Below are positions 43,761-59,163 of a stretch of 64,000 bases of DNA, in pieces. The notes below the pieces were generated by a model. It saw nothing but the letters and a program-made list of their open reading frames with translations, did no database searches and was not told where the DNA came from. Where the stretch lies: contig OX597830.1 in assembly GCA_951406725.2 (NCBI GenBank), positions 28,582,001-28,646,000 of the forward strand, given 5' to 3'. Position 1 is the first letter of the stretch. Each line of letters starts with the position of its first letter. Source of the stretch: Octopus vulgaris (taxonomy: Eukaryota). The position numbers were made by a program, and so were the translations under genes.

Positions 43761-43820
43761 TTGCACTGACGAGTGGAGAGCCTGTTACAGCGCAGACCAT
43801 GAAATCGTGTCCGTATGCAA
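43761..43820 (+). ncRNA. Type I hammerhead ribozyme-like motif
   Basis: TTGCA-CTGACGA-GTGG..(20 nt)..CCAT-GAAA-tcgtgtccG-TA-TGCAA. Stem I has 5 perfect pairs, the core is intact, the cleavage triplet is GUA, and stem III is weak. Confidence 0.65.
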
Positions 43821-44114
43821 CTGAACCGCTTTAAAAGAATTTTTTTCTTTGTTCATTTCCTCGATTTCAGCGCGTGTGTATATATTTTGATAATGTCTAA
43901 GATATGCAACCGGTAGTGGATGCATAAAAACATTACCGTAAAACTTGGTCTCCAATATCAAGGAGGAAAAATCGTTACTCACTGATAAAAAGAATATGGT
44001 CTTCCGTCAGTTTGAAGGAGGAACATTTATTAGTTCGTTCGACTAAAATGTCTGCTAATTAAATTAAAAGTTTAAGGGAGTGAACTTACGGAAATCTCGA
44101 CTGTGTACTTAAGA

Positions 44115-44241
44115 AGCACGCGCAAACAGGTAGTATCAGGTTTGGTTGCTGAGCTTAGAAACTCGGGTGTTTTCTACTACAGCAGTCTAGGACCAATCGA
44201 TGCCATCTGTATGGATTTCGGCAGAATGGAAATTGCGAGGA

Positions 44242-44318
<77 letters not shown>

Positions 44319-44432
44319 ATGAATATGGTATTTAAGTTAAAGGCACCAGAATTTAGTATGGTATTATCCATATCATTCAAAATGGGGTGATTATAATCAA
44401 AATAAGCAATAATATCCTTGTAGCTTATTTTG

Positions 44433-44504
<72 letters not shown>

Positions 44505-44750
44505 GCGTGTGTGCGTGGATGTGCGTACATGTATACCTTAGTGCTTCTGCTTGGCACACCCATTTGTGCATCATTTCACAATCGGTTTCTTCGTTTTATT
44601 AAGCAGTTATGACATGGTTCTGCAAAATAGAACAATAGAATATGCATCAGACTCAGAAAAGAAGAACTGGAGGTAACTTGTTCCATTAAATCCTACAAAG
44701 AGTTGCCCTCTCATGGCCGAGGTCCAATGATTGAAACAAGGAAAATATAA
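44115..44750 (+). mobile_element. Highly degenerate SINE family A pieces separated by TA tracts
   Basis: tttctactacagcagtctaggacc..atggatttcggcagaatggaaattg and catggccgaggtccaatgattgaaacaag. Confidence 0.5.
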
Positions 44751-46043
44751 AACGGTACCCATAAAGCAATACTCGTACACATACACTGCAGCGAAATAAC
44801 TGTGACTGAATTTGAAAAGGAGGGTATCTTTATATTACAGTCACAACGTATCCAGTAAGGCTTTACAGTTTTCGCCTATCCAATCTCACACAGAATGTTA
44901 CGATGGACTGAGGCAATGATAAACTTGCCCAGGTTGCTACACAGTTGGAAACATCAAGAACCTCGTGATTTCGAAACGAACTTCAGTCGAGCCGCATCCC
45001 AGTACATTCATACATAGAACTGGAAAGATAAAGCAGCTGAGTTTTAAGTGTCTCTACACGACCTGGTATCTTTTAGATTACACTCAGAAGAAATACATAA
45101 GTATTGACTAGGAATGCTGTTTATCCAGCCATGACTGGAGGTGATAATATCGTATATGGGTATTTAACCTCAGCGTTCTATAGGAAATTATAAGCCAACA
45201 AGGGAGATTCTTCACGAGCTTTCTCTGTGTTTGATTCCATCAAAACTCACTCTGCAGTCTTTCTTATCAAAAGAATGAAGTTTTAGAAAATGTAACCCTA
45301 ATCTTCAAAATCTTTCTCGAAATCTCTCGACTCACACAACGCACATTTATTTAATAAAGGAAAGTATATTTAGATAATATAGCTCTAGATACCTCGTTTT
45401 TATATGCTTTTTAAAAATGAAATAAAAAGTAGTTGGGATGGTCACAGTTGTAACGCTTTTATATATATAGCTTTACAAGATTAGGTTTGACCTATAGCAA
45501 AACAGCAGCATTAACAATATAAAAAAAAAAATGTATATACATATCTTTATATGATGATTGTTTAAGTACCCAGCCATGCAAAACTCAGCACAAAACACAC
45601 AGGTGTGCAGGTCCAAGCAGATATCTTACACGAGGTTCACAAGAGGAAACATCAAATGTATCAGCCTTTTGATGACAAATATTGAAAGAGAGAGTTTTCT
45701 CACTTTACTGATACAACAGAGGATACAATCTTACCCCTTATTCAATACATGCTTGTGTATGTGTACATACATACACGCATACATATATAAATATATATAC
45801 ACACGCACACTCATATATATATATATATATGCATGTATACGTCTATATGTATATAAACTCATATATACATGCATACATCCATCCATTCATACATACATAT
45901 ATATATATACATACATACATATATGTATATACATACATACATATATATATGCATACATATATATATACATACATATATATACATATGTCTATATGTATAT
46001 ATACACATGCGTATATATCTCTCTACCCTCTCCCTCTTTCACC

Positions 46044-46079
<36 letters not shown>

Positions 46080-47225
46080 ATACATGCATATGTACATACA
46101 TATATACATACGAACGTACATACACACACAATATAAGTACACACACACACACACACATGCATACAGAAATGGTCAACTCTAAGGTGTTGATTTAATCTTC
46201 TTGAAAGTTACAGTTATAGAAATAATACATTCTCCGTATACAAATATAAACGTTATTATATATCTCTACACATCATAACGCGAAAGCGTAACGCCACCAT
46301 TGTCATACATCTGCGATCCGAATCAGTCTCACATAGTTATTTAAACTTTTAGAACCATGAAAGTATTCATCTAGAAGTAAAAAGCATACCATAGTCTACG
46401 TAAGTGAGAATAAAGTTGCTATAACATTAGCTAATGTCATTTTTGTCTTCTTTGAATGACCCCGAAATAGGACCTACATTTGGTATAAAGCTTTGAACAT
46501 TACAAGTTATTCATTTGCATGTAAATAATTGTTTTTGTTATTATATAACTGAAGATCACAGGAATCTGTATAGAAACGTAATATTATTTTCTACTCTTCT
46601 CTTCCTTTTCTCTGACCTGTTATTCATTGTTCGACCGATAAATTTAACCCTTCATGTAATGCGGATGATTTATTTGTGCGGTACTGTATAACTGTGGTGG
46701 GTTCTAATTCCGCCCAAAAAGAACGTTAGGAAAAAAAAGCACGCTATCACTGTAAGTGATAATATATTTTCCGTTTTTTATCATCGCATTTACATATGTA
46801 TGTATGTGTGTATGTATGCGTGTTTGTATGTATGTATACATTTATGTATACCTGTATCTATACATGTTCGTATGTATATATATATCTATATGTATGTATA
46901 TATACGTGTATATGTGTGTGCATGTATATGTGTGCATATGTATGTATATATATATATGCAAGCTAATTTATGGATGTATAACTATAACTATTTTCTTTTT
47001 ATCTATCTATCTATCTATATATATATCTATCTATCTATATATCTATCTAACTCTCTATCTCTATCTATCTATCTGTGTATCCATCTATATATGTGTGTGT
47101 CTATGTGTGTGTGTGTGTGTATGTGTGCGTGTGTACGCCTACGTGTAATCACATCCATGCTTTTAAAGGTACGTACAAGCATACACATACCTGTTCCACT
47201 ATTAGCACCAGCACCACCAACAACT

Positions 47226-47322
<97 letters not shown>

Positions 47323-47340
47323 CACTACTACTACTAGTAC
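47226..47340. repeat. (ACT/GCT)n array
   Basis: Directly visible. Confidence 0.95.
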
Positions 47341-48123
47341 CGTTTTAGAAATGGTTACTTTCCCAATACCAATGTTAGGTGGAAATATATAACACACAAC
47401 AAACTTTGCAACACTAAATAACTTTATAACTTTATTAATATAGTTTAAAGATACATAACTTTAAACATGCAGTAAATCTCAAGTAATAATTTGTCATGAA
47501 ATGTAAAACTTTCTCAACTTTTTCAATTTACCATTTTATGTCATGTACAGGTAGTAATATTGGTTTTGGTTATATTTAATTACCTAACAGAAAATTATGC
47601 ATTTTAGTAATAGTTCAGAGTGGGCAATAATATGACAAAATTCAACTTCTATACCGATATATGCCCAAAAGCTAAATAGCTGATGCCATAAAATAGATTA
47701 GCCATGTGTAAAATGATTATGTATACATATGGCTCTGTGTGTTTGTGTGTATAGGTCTATGGTCTCTCTCTCTCTCCCTCTCGCTCTCTCCCTCTCCCTT
47801 TATATATATATATATACATGAATGTATATATATATATATATATGAATGTATATTTATATATGTGTATATATATGTATATATATGTATATATATATATATA
47901 CATACATATATATATATATGCATATTCGCGCACACGAAAATAAATAATATATACATACGCATACGCTCACATTCTTATGCTATTAATGTAATAATCTATA
48001 TCGTTTAGTTTGGATAGTTTATTTCTATAGTTATCATGGTTTATTTTATTGGTATCTACAATCTAAATACATAATAATTAACATTTCATAACATAAACAT
48101 TCTTACGTATATATCTATTTACT

Positions 48124-48218
<95 letters not shown>

Positions 48219-48339
48219 GAAAGAAGGTTTGAAAATGCAATTTTAAAAGATGTTTATTTACTTTACCGGTTTCACTTTTTAGAAAAAGATTGTCAAATGT
48301 AACATGATGCAACATGTAAAAGTTTGGTTGTCACAAAAT

Positions 48340-48386
48340 GCTACAATGCATATATATACAGTCTTTGGTAACAAGAACATGTTACA

Positions 48387-48431
<45 letters not shown>

Positions 48432-48903
48432 AAGAAAATGTTAAGGATAGTTTCCAGGAGGAATTATTAAAAAGTTCAGTGGAATATATTAGCATTGTAT
48501 CTGTATATATATATACACGTACAGAATATTGCTTGTCACAAAATACTACAATACATATATACATTCTTTGGTAACAAGAACATTTTAAGAACATAAAAAA
48601 GTTTTAAAAGTTCATTAAAATATTGGCCACAAAAGATTACAGCATATATACACATTCTCAAGAAAACGTTAAAGATAGTTTCCAGAAGGAATTATTAAAA
48701 AGTTCAGTGGAATATATTGGTATTGTATCTGTATATACATACACGCACAGAATATTATGAGTTCAAAAAAGTTTACATTATAGTAGCAGGGAAGCTCAAA
48801 CTGACCTGGTCCACCATGTTATCATAAAAGTCAGTCTGAGCTTCCCTACTTCTATAATGTAAACTTTTTTGAACTCATGATATTCTGTGCGTGTATACAG
48901 ATA
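48340..48903. repeat. Tandem ~225-bp duplication followed by a fold-back inverted repeat
   Basis: Direct copies at 48428-48530 / 48657-48756 and 48363-48380 / 48566-48583. Inverted arms at 48726-48805 / 48830-48903. Confidence 0.85.
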
Positions 48904-49222
48904 TAATAAAATGTATTTCTTGAGTTTGTCTTATACAATATCTATTTTATAATTCTAATAATGCTTTATCTAAATCCTATATTTTACTAAATTTTCCAGG
49001 CCCGATTCTTCTAAATAACAGCGATTGTTAATATTTGAAATACTTAAAACTTGGATTTCAAACTATGATTCAATTTAAAATTCGTTAAATTCAGTTAAGA
49101 TAAAGTTTTCAATAGTTGTTTGAGTTTTATAAATTCAGAATCTTAAAAATTATTCGTTCGTAAAATAGTTTGTATTAAATTACTTTCCAAATAAACGAAA
49201 TTCTTTAAAAGTAATCTATATA

Positions 49223-49454
49223 TTTTTTTTTTTTTTGTACTTGTTTCAGTCATTTGACTGCGGCCATGCTGGAGCACCGCCTTTTAGAGTGGTGAAAGAG
49301 TACAGCAGGGATCACCACCTCCTGCCGGAGCCTCGTGGAGCTTTTAGGTGTTTTTTTCGCTCAATAAACACACACAACGCCCGGTCTGGGAATCGAAACC
49401 GCGATCCTCCGACCGCAAGTCCGCTGCCCTAACCACTAGGCCATTGCGCCTCCT
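49223..49454 (-). mobile_element. Chimeric SINE: family C-like head plus family A tail plus poly(A)
   Basis: Minus strand ggaggcgcaatggcctagtggttagg...ctctttcaccactct joined to aaaaggcggtgctccagcatggccgcagtcaaatgactgaaacaagtac(A)n. Confidence 0.85.
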
Positions 49455-49856
49455 GTATATTAGCAGGTTTTAAAAATTGTTCATGTATTATGAAACAGAA
49501 TTTTCTATTTTTCTTTTTTGACAAGATAATTTCTTCATATAATTCCCATATATGATATAAAGTACAATGTAAATGCATATAATTTATTCACAACAGAAAT
49601 TCAAACTTTTTAAATATATAAATTAAAAATTTGTAATACCATTTAGTCTTCCGTTATCAACCGAAAATTATGCGAATATGACAATATTAAAAAAAAGATG
49701 TTTTATTGTTATAGATTGAATAATCTAATTCATTGTAAAAACACCGCCAAAACATAAATTGTTAAAAAGTTTTGCTCCTTCCAATTTCGAAGTTATATTG
49801 CGATTCAAAGGGAAAAAACCTCTAAAGAAAAATAGTTAGATTCAAACAGTCTATAG

Positions 49857-49891
<35 letters not shown>

Positions 49892-49893
49892 TG

Positions 49894-49925
<32 letters not shown>

Positions 49926-50024
49926 TGTATGTATACATGTATATCTATGTATACCTGTGTGTTATATGTATATATGCATACCTATTTATGTAAATGTATA
50001 TGCCTTTTATGTGCGCGCGCGTAG

Positions 50025-50380
50025 AGTGAAATGCGTAGCCGTAATTTCTCTGCCTTTACGTTCTGAGTTCAAATTCCGCCGAGGTCGACTTTGCCTTTCA
50101 TCCTTTGGAGGTCGATTAAATAAGTAACAGTTACGCACTGGGGGTCGATATAATCGACTTAATCTGTTTGACTGTCATTATTTGTTCCCTCTGTGTTTAG
50201 CCCCTTGTGGGTAGTAAAGAAATATGCATTTCCTCTGTCTTTACGTACTGATTTCAAAATCCGCCGAGGTCGACTTTGCTTTCGAGGTCAATGATTTAAG
50301 TACCAGTTGCGTACTGGGTCGATGTAATCGACTGCACCCTTCCCAAAACTTCAGGGCCTTGTGCCTAGAGTACAAATGAT
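50025..50380 (+). mobile_element. SINE family B, dimeric, head truncated
   Basis: Two ccgccgaggtcgactttgc cores separated by the gccccttgtgggtagtaaagaaata linker. Confidence 0.9.
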
Positions 50381-50555
50381 TCTTTCATGTGCTGTCGCAT
50401 ACGTTTGAGTTTATGTGAAAAATGTCATTGAAAAGTATTTTAATTTTTTTATAAAATGATCAGCACCTCTGGTACTGCTGAATGACGCTTCAACTTTCTT
50501 TTACCCTATAAAAGAAGAAATTTCTACTGACTAATTTTCTTTCCTTTTTATTCAT

Positions 50556-50594
<39 letters not shown>

Positions 50595-50892
50595 TTTTCT
50601 ATGAGGTGTGTAGAGTGCAATTGTTGTAGCCTACATCCGTCAACACACAATATTTTCAAATAATTTAAGGGACCCAGCTATGAACTGTCAAATTGTTCGC
50701 GGCATATGTGTATGATGATCACTTCGGATTCTGCGGTTTCCACTGTAGGCCTCGATATATCATTTAAATAATTTTAAGCCGAAGGGAAATCATAAAGTTC
50801 ACATCTTCGGAGATAATCACATATTATCCCGTATACATGTAAATATGCAAGCTTGTATATATATATATATATATACGTGTGTGTGTGTGCGT

Positions 50893-51172
50893 GTTTGTTC
50901 CTTCTCAACAGGCTCATAGGGCCTGTTTCCCGGTTTTATTGGCTTATAGGTTCCCCATCTGGACTGGATGCCAGTCCGACGGAGGTGAGTTGCAAGATGC
51001 AGGAGGAAAGAGTGAGAGAAAGTTGTGGCAATAGTGTCATCAGAACTTCTGCCAGAGCCGCGTGGAGCTTAGGTGTTTCGCTCATAAACACACATCGCCC
51101 GGTCTGAGATTCGAACTGGCGATCCCTCGATCGCGAGTCCGCTGCTCTAACCACTAGGTCATGTGTCTCTAC
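50893..51172 (-). mobile_element. SINE family C
   Basis: Collinear with 26351-26650. Confidence 0.9.
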
Positions 51173-51513
51173 ATACACACGCACACACACACGCATATAA
51201 ATGAAAAGACAATGGAGATATACAATTGTACAATTGTCAATTCCAAAATTAACATGTATTAATATAGTATAATATAATATAATAAATATTAAATATTAAA
51301 TACAAATTGCATAAAATTGTTTCGATTCTTACCCATAAGAAAATTACAAAAATCCATTGTTTGTTGCTAAGAAACTCTTCAGTGTGAATGTTTGGTATAT
51401 TAGAATTTACGGATCGAAGAAAAGACTTAATCAAAATATATTTATGGCTTGAGGCATGACCGTCAATAATTATAAACGAAGACAAAGATAAAATAATAAT
51501 ATATATATATATA

Positions 51514-51756
51514 TTACAGTTCTATATTTAAGAGATGAGGAATTATGTACATTATTTACATTATTTACATTTGACGTATATTTATCCTGATCTTGTTTGT
51601 TGTTAAAACGAAGTTTCCACTAATATACCCTCCAGCCTTCATCATGTGTCTCGGGAAAGTTTCGAAGCTGGAGCCGAAACGTTCTTTTAACAATGAACAG
51701 GATGAGGATAAATATCCGTCTAATGTAAGTGGTGTAAATAATGTAACTATTGTACA
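51514..51756. mobile_element. Penelope-like terminal remnant with inverted repeat
   Basis: Arms at 51546-51618 / 51674-51756. The minus strand has aTGATGAAGGCTG...GGAAAC; the other arm retains GCCGAAACGTT. Confidence 0.65.
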
Positions 51757-51770
51757 TATATATATATAAT

Positions 51771-51855
<85 letters not shown>

Positions 51856-51908
51856 TCAACAGCACACTCGGCAAGATATGGGATAGAAATCAATGGATTA
51901 TGTATTAT

Positions 51909-51948
51909 GGCTTTTACGTTTCGGGCCTACGCTCTTCATCAAAAAGCA
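51909..51948 (-). ncRNA. Hammerhead-like motif (one core substitution)
   Basis: Minus strand reads gcttt TTGATGA a GAGC gtag GCCC GAAA CG TA aaagc. Stem I is gcttt/aaagc; related to the 30056-30092 motif. Confidence 0.55.
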
Positions 51949-52600
51949 ACACGAAAAAATATGCAGAGAGAGAATAAAAAAACCTTAGCGGGTAGTGACA
52001 CAAGCATATGTGTGTGTGTGGGGGGGGGTGAATGTCTGTGTATAATAAATATTGATACCTTCACACACAGATATATATACGTTTATATATAGATGCCTAC
52101 ATCTGTGACATTTATTCACATACATGCTGGCATACATGCGCGCGCGCACACACACACATATATTATACAAACACACACATTGATATCTGCTTCATAACAG
52201 GTATAAATGTAATTGTAGAAAGGGCATTGGATGACACTGGAATTAAAGACAAGTATTTAACAAAGACGGAATGAATGAAGCAGCACCCTCGGAGAGACAT
52301 GGGATAAAGACTCGCGCAGTGTCTGTCCATTATCTGTTGGAGCTGCAATCCCATCAATGGATTATGTACAATGGCTAACAACTTAGACTGATATATGTGT
52401 GTCTGAGTGGAATCGTGCGCCATTTTGTGTGCACGTATTTATAGAAAGATTGATATATTGTATATATTAAAACGAGCACATAAGCGTACGTATAATGTTT
52501 ATGAATACAGACACTCAAACACATACACACATACACACGCTCACATATACATGCCAGCGAGACTGAAGTTATATATATTTGACCACGTGTATGAGCACTA

Positions 52601-52706
<106 letters not shown>

Positions 52707-54799
52707 AATACATATATATACATATATATATATATATATACATATATTTGTATTTATGTATGTATGTATATATATGAATATATATATGTATGTATATGTA
52801 GGTATATATACATATATATATGTGTGTGTGTATGTATGTACACATATACATATATATAAATGCGTATATACATGTACGAATATCTATGTATATATATATG
52901 CATACTTGTATATATATATATATATACATAGATATACTGATGTGTGCGTGAGAGAGAGAGAGAGACAGACAGACAGAGACAGAGTGAGACTGACAGACAG
53001 ACGAAAAGCGTATATATATATTTTGAAATTATCATCATGAAATGCTGAGTTAGTACTCATTGTATTGCACGATGCATACTGCAAATTTGGAGGTAATTCT
53101 TTTCAATTGTGCAAACATAGGAAGTTCGAAAGTCCAGAATCGCGGGTTCCTGTCACTACCAACACAAGAGCAGTCAGGCGGGGATCTAGAAATCCCACAG
53201 CCGTTGACTTGATCGCTGTAGAGGGGAGAGAATAGAAGTATAAGTGTTGATTGCTGTGGGGATGTGAGTAGCTGAGGAGGTGTGTGGGGTGTGGCGAAAC
53301 CGTGGCAGGGAGGAAATCTGAGAAATGTAAAGGAAGTGTAGATCAAGATGATCTTTTAGTCTCAGCCGTTCATTTTTTTTTTTTTTGTAAAAAAAGGAAA
53401 CACATACGTACGTAAATACAGACACAGTAAAAACAGAAAGACACACAGCAGACAGGCACACACACACAAACACACATATGTATATGTGTATATATGTGTA
53501 TGCGTTAGTGTTAGATATATAGATACATAAAAAGATAGAAAGTAGATAGACAGAGTTAGTTGTACATACATATACATACATGCACACATATATATATATA
53601 TATATATATATAAACACACATATATATTTATATACTTTATATATGCATATTCTTGTATGTGTATACATCATACACGAACACATACATATATGTATATGTG
53701 TGTGTATACACGCACATAAATATATTTATAAGCGATATATCTGCACAAATATGTATGCACATATCCATACACACTATTAGATTCACTTACGTACATACAT
53801 AGAAGAAAAAAGAAAAAAACAATCTGTTTTCTCGACATTAGCAAAATCTTATTTCCAACTTCTGGAATTCCGATGGATTATGAAATGTTGGAGATAAGTG
53901 TTAACAACACCATCAAAGGAATTATAACAAAATATAGAAGAAAGAACATTAAAAATAAAGCTAAAAGTCTGATAATATTTCTTTATTATTATTTTTTATA
54001 CATTTTCAATAAAATCTAACATTTTCGCTAAGAATTCAATTCCAGTCTCAACTCAAGTCAATGGTTAGAATTCGTTAATTTTTTTTTTTTTTGTTGTCGC
54101 TATTTTTGTTTTAGTTGTTGTTGTTGTTGTTGTTGCTGGTGTTAAGTAATTTACAAATTTAGTGTTGTAGGTGTTGTTACGCTCTTCAGTGTGATATCGA
54201 ACGCGTTACGCGTCCCATAGGTAGTATGTATTTTATCTATAAATATACATTAAAATATTGTGTTACTTCAAATGGACAGTAGATTTGATCTTCATGATGA
54301 CAGCAATACGTTTCCTTTCTTTCCTTCTTTCTTTTTTTCATGTTTACTAGTGTATATATGTGTGCGTACATGAGTGAGTGTGTGAGTGTGTTTGAGTGTA
54401 TGTGTGTATGTATATGTTGGTGATTTTGTGAATTTGTATGCCGTGCTGGTACTAGTGCGTATATACACACACGTATGTGTCTCTGTGTGTATGGGATTTA
54501 TAATATTTTAATTTATTGGGTATTTGTTACTTTATTTGTGTACATGATTATACATACATACATATATATATATATACACGTGTGTGTATTCGTCTGTATA
54601 CGTATATATATATATGGCTGTGTGTTTATATATATGTATATGTATATGCATATATATATATATATATATATATTATACAAATAGGATATATACATACATA
54701 TATACACATACATTCATAGTTATGTTCCATCCTTAAGCCATAATTTCATTGTTGTCCTGGAAATGGAATATATACGTACATTCATTCACACACATATAT

Positions 54800-54910
<111 letters not shown>

Positions 54911-56127
54911 AATATAAACACATATACACATGCACACACTCTGCAGGAATGCACGTGTGTGAATACAGATGCGCACACCCACTCACACACGCCTATATAT
55001 ACACATAGATGAGAAAAAAAGAGTGAAAAATAGTGCAAAGATCATGAATGATTTACAGGCTCTAATACAAAGGACTATATCCATCCACCCATACATACAT
55101 ACATACATACATACATACATACATACATACATACATACATACATTCATACATACATACATATGTAGTGCATGTTTAAATATCTGCGTATATTTACATAAT
55201 CTCTCAATCAACGTATCGCTGTATTACAAACACACACACATATGCATATATATGTGTGTATATATGTATCTAAATACATATAAATACGTATATCATATTA
55301 TTATGCATACATATCTTTATATACATGTATATATAAAGATTTGTAAATCTATAAATTTGTAAATATAGAAATCTATCTACCTGCATACACATATACTGAG
55401 CAAACAGTTAAATAGATTTAAATTCATATAAATATGAAGTTTTCATCATATATAATTCAATTTATACGAATATGCGTGTAGATTTTATAGAGAAATAAGG
55501 TTGTAAATAAAGCATTTTCTCGGGTATATAATGGAATGGAATGTTAGAAGGACGAAGTTTGGCTCTGCAAACCAAAATATTACAGTATATGTTACATAAA
55601 TCTTAATAGATGTATAATATTACATGATATTTTGACAGATATATATGTCGCTTGAGTAGATGTATTTATCAGTTTAGATAGAGTATGAGGGTGTGTGTAT
55701 ATATATATTTACTTGTATATATGTATATGGGTAAGGTTGTATACATTTACATGATATGAAAGTCGACTCACTAAATTTCGACAATATAAGATTTATGTAA
55801 AGAAATGTGTAGAAATATGCAGAACAAATTTGCACAAGTGCTATGCAAATTGTTTCACCTGAACAGATATATATATATATATATATGTGTGTGGGGGGGT
55901 GAATTATGAATGCATGTATAAAAATTGGTATGTATATATTTATTTGCGTATCCAAAAGTATGCTTAGAAACATGTATATATAACGTACATATAAAACGTG
56001 TTCATATGTATAATTGAGTGAATATGTTTGCATTTCTGAATACAAGTCGTTATAAATATGCTTCTCTACACACACAAACACACAGATACATAAACACACA
56101 CAAATTCACAAACACACACACCATATA

Positions 56128-56171
<44 letters not shown>

Positions 56172-56248
56172 AATACACATCTATATATATGCATATACGC
56201 ATAAACGTATGTATATATATTGGTCTGTATCTCTCTATATATACACAC

Positions 56249-56310
<62 letters not shown>

Positions 56311-56522
56311 ATATACATACATATATAATGTATATGTATATAATGTACGGATATATATATATATATAAATAAATATATATAAACATAATAAACATATATA
56401 TATGCATACATATATAAATGTATATATATATACCCATACGTAGACATACAAATGCACAGTATATATGATATATATATATATATATATATAGTATGTATGC
56501 ATGCATATATGTATATATATAT

Positions 56523-56584
<62 letters not shown>

Positions 56585-56811
56585 ATATATTTAATTGCGT
56601 TCCGAGATGAGTATAGATATAGATGTGTATTTCGAAATATATTTATTCAATACTTGTTGTGTGAAACTTATTTCCTAATATCAGAACGAACTAATTAATA
56701 ATTTTAAGTGATGTAGGTCGACTGAAAGTTATTTTAAACATTTTAATATACAGTCCTCCGTACGCACACACACACACACACATATCCGTGAGTATATGTA
56801 TATATGTGTGC

Positions 56812-56878
<67 letters not shown>

Positions 56879-56986
56879 CATACATATATATAACGTGAAA
56901 ACTACAAAGAGAGAAAGAATCTTATATAACTATACATGTATGTATGTAAATATATATATATATATACGTATATTTATATATATATG

Positions 56987-57028
<42 letters not shown>

Positions 57029-57164
57029 TGTATGTATATGTGAATAGATATATTCATACATTTTATTCACATAAATTTATAAGTGCATACATATATAAAC
57101 TAGGTATATGTGTGTACATACATAAATGCACTCACACAGACACGCACTCTCACAAGCTCATACA

Positions 57165-57204
<40 letters not shown>

Positions 57205-57293
57205 CATAAATACATATACCTATATATCTTTATCCATATCTGCATCTGTCTGTCTATCTATGTAACAATCTACCTATCTATCTATATCAATAA

Positions 57294-57362
<69 letters not shown>

Positions 57363-57592
57363 TATAATATCACTGTGAATGGAACATAAGTGGAGAGTGA
57401 GGCAAATGCGTGCGTTTGCCACAAAGTCATACAGAAGTTAATACATTTGTAAAGTAACATCTTTATAAGCTTGTGCAGATCGCTATAAATAGATGGGCGA
57501 ATAGGTAGTTTTATGTAGAAATATAACCATACGCGTATAATCGTGACAAGGCCTCCATCAAAATTTACATATACCTACACAAAACATGCACG

Positions 57593-57654
<62 letters not shown>

Positions 57655-58079
57655 TATATACACACATATATATGAGAATCCATGCATGCTTGCATGTGTG
57701 TGCGTGTTATCTTCTACTTATATGTATATATATTAATTGAAGTATAGAATATACACAAACACATAAGTTATATATTGATATATTTCTTATAACTATATAT
57801 AGACGTTACTAAAGCCAGATAGTTTTTGTTATAAATTTTATCACTTATATGCAATATATACAAGGCTAAACTTCCAATGTTACTCGGAAGCCAATATCAT
57901 GAACATAGCTTGGTTCTATGTACAAATTTCAATTTTCTTTTCACAAAGAGCAATATCATTCAAAACTAATATACTTATGAAGACATATGTATCACAAGTA
58001 TCATTAATGCTTTGAATGGATCATATAAATTTAATAATAAACACATACCAACACACAGTCACATACAAACGTGTGTGTG

Positions 58080-58115
<36 letters not shown>

Positions 58116-58154
58116 TGTATATTGTAAATATATGTCTATGTGTATATATGTATA

Positions 58155-58193
<39 letters not shown>

Positions 58194-58564
58194 TATATAT
58201 ATATATTTATATGTATAAATATATACATATATAAGCATATATATATATATGTATATATATACATACATATATATGTATGAATAACAGCTTTTGTTATATA
58301 CATATATATATATATATATATGATATACATTACATTTATACTCATCTATAGATTATTTATATTTACGGTTATATATATATATATATATCTATAGCTTCAT
58401 CTAACTACCAATCTCTCATTCTCTGCCACTCTCCCTGCCTCTAAAGAAAGATAGACCGATAGATTGATAGATAGATAGATTAACATATATGCATACATAC
58501 ATACGTACATGGATACACGAACACATGCATATATAGAATTTTGATAGAAACATAGATATAGCGA

Positions 58565-58585
58565 AAGATAGATAGATAGACAGAC

Positions 58586-58680
<95 letters not shown>
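58565..58680. repeat. (GATA)n array
   Basis: Directly visible. Confidence 0.95.
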
Positions 58681-58922
58681 CAATAAAAAAAAGAGATGAT
58701 AAGTATGTATGAAGGTACTAATGTATGGTATATGCATTTCTTTCCTGTTAATTAGAGCAACTAATCTAAACCTCAATCTATCTAAAGTTCAGCTTATCTT
58801 ACTATCTATCAACTTGTATTCTTACACAGTTACATATATCCATGCATACATATATAAATACATATGTATGCATATGTATATAGACACACAAACACACACA
58901 CACTTATAGATATGTATATATT

Positions 58923-58953
<31 letters not shown>

Positions 58954-59130
58954 GTATGCATATCATCAATCAATCTATCTATCGATACATACATATATGT
59001 GTGTGTGTGTGTGTATGTTTGTGTGTGTGTGTGGAGTGTGTGTATGTGTGTGTGTAATGAATATATACATATCTACACTTATATATGTATAATCCTTTGT
59101 TTATGTTCAAGAACGCATATATAGAGGGTG

Positions 59131-59163
<33 letters not shown>

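Noticed and set aside
38550-45510. Faintly similar degenerate segments at 38550-38760 and 45300-45510, plus a possible repeat at 40230-40515
   Set aside because: Probably old interspersed repeats, but too decayed to delimit or classify by eye.
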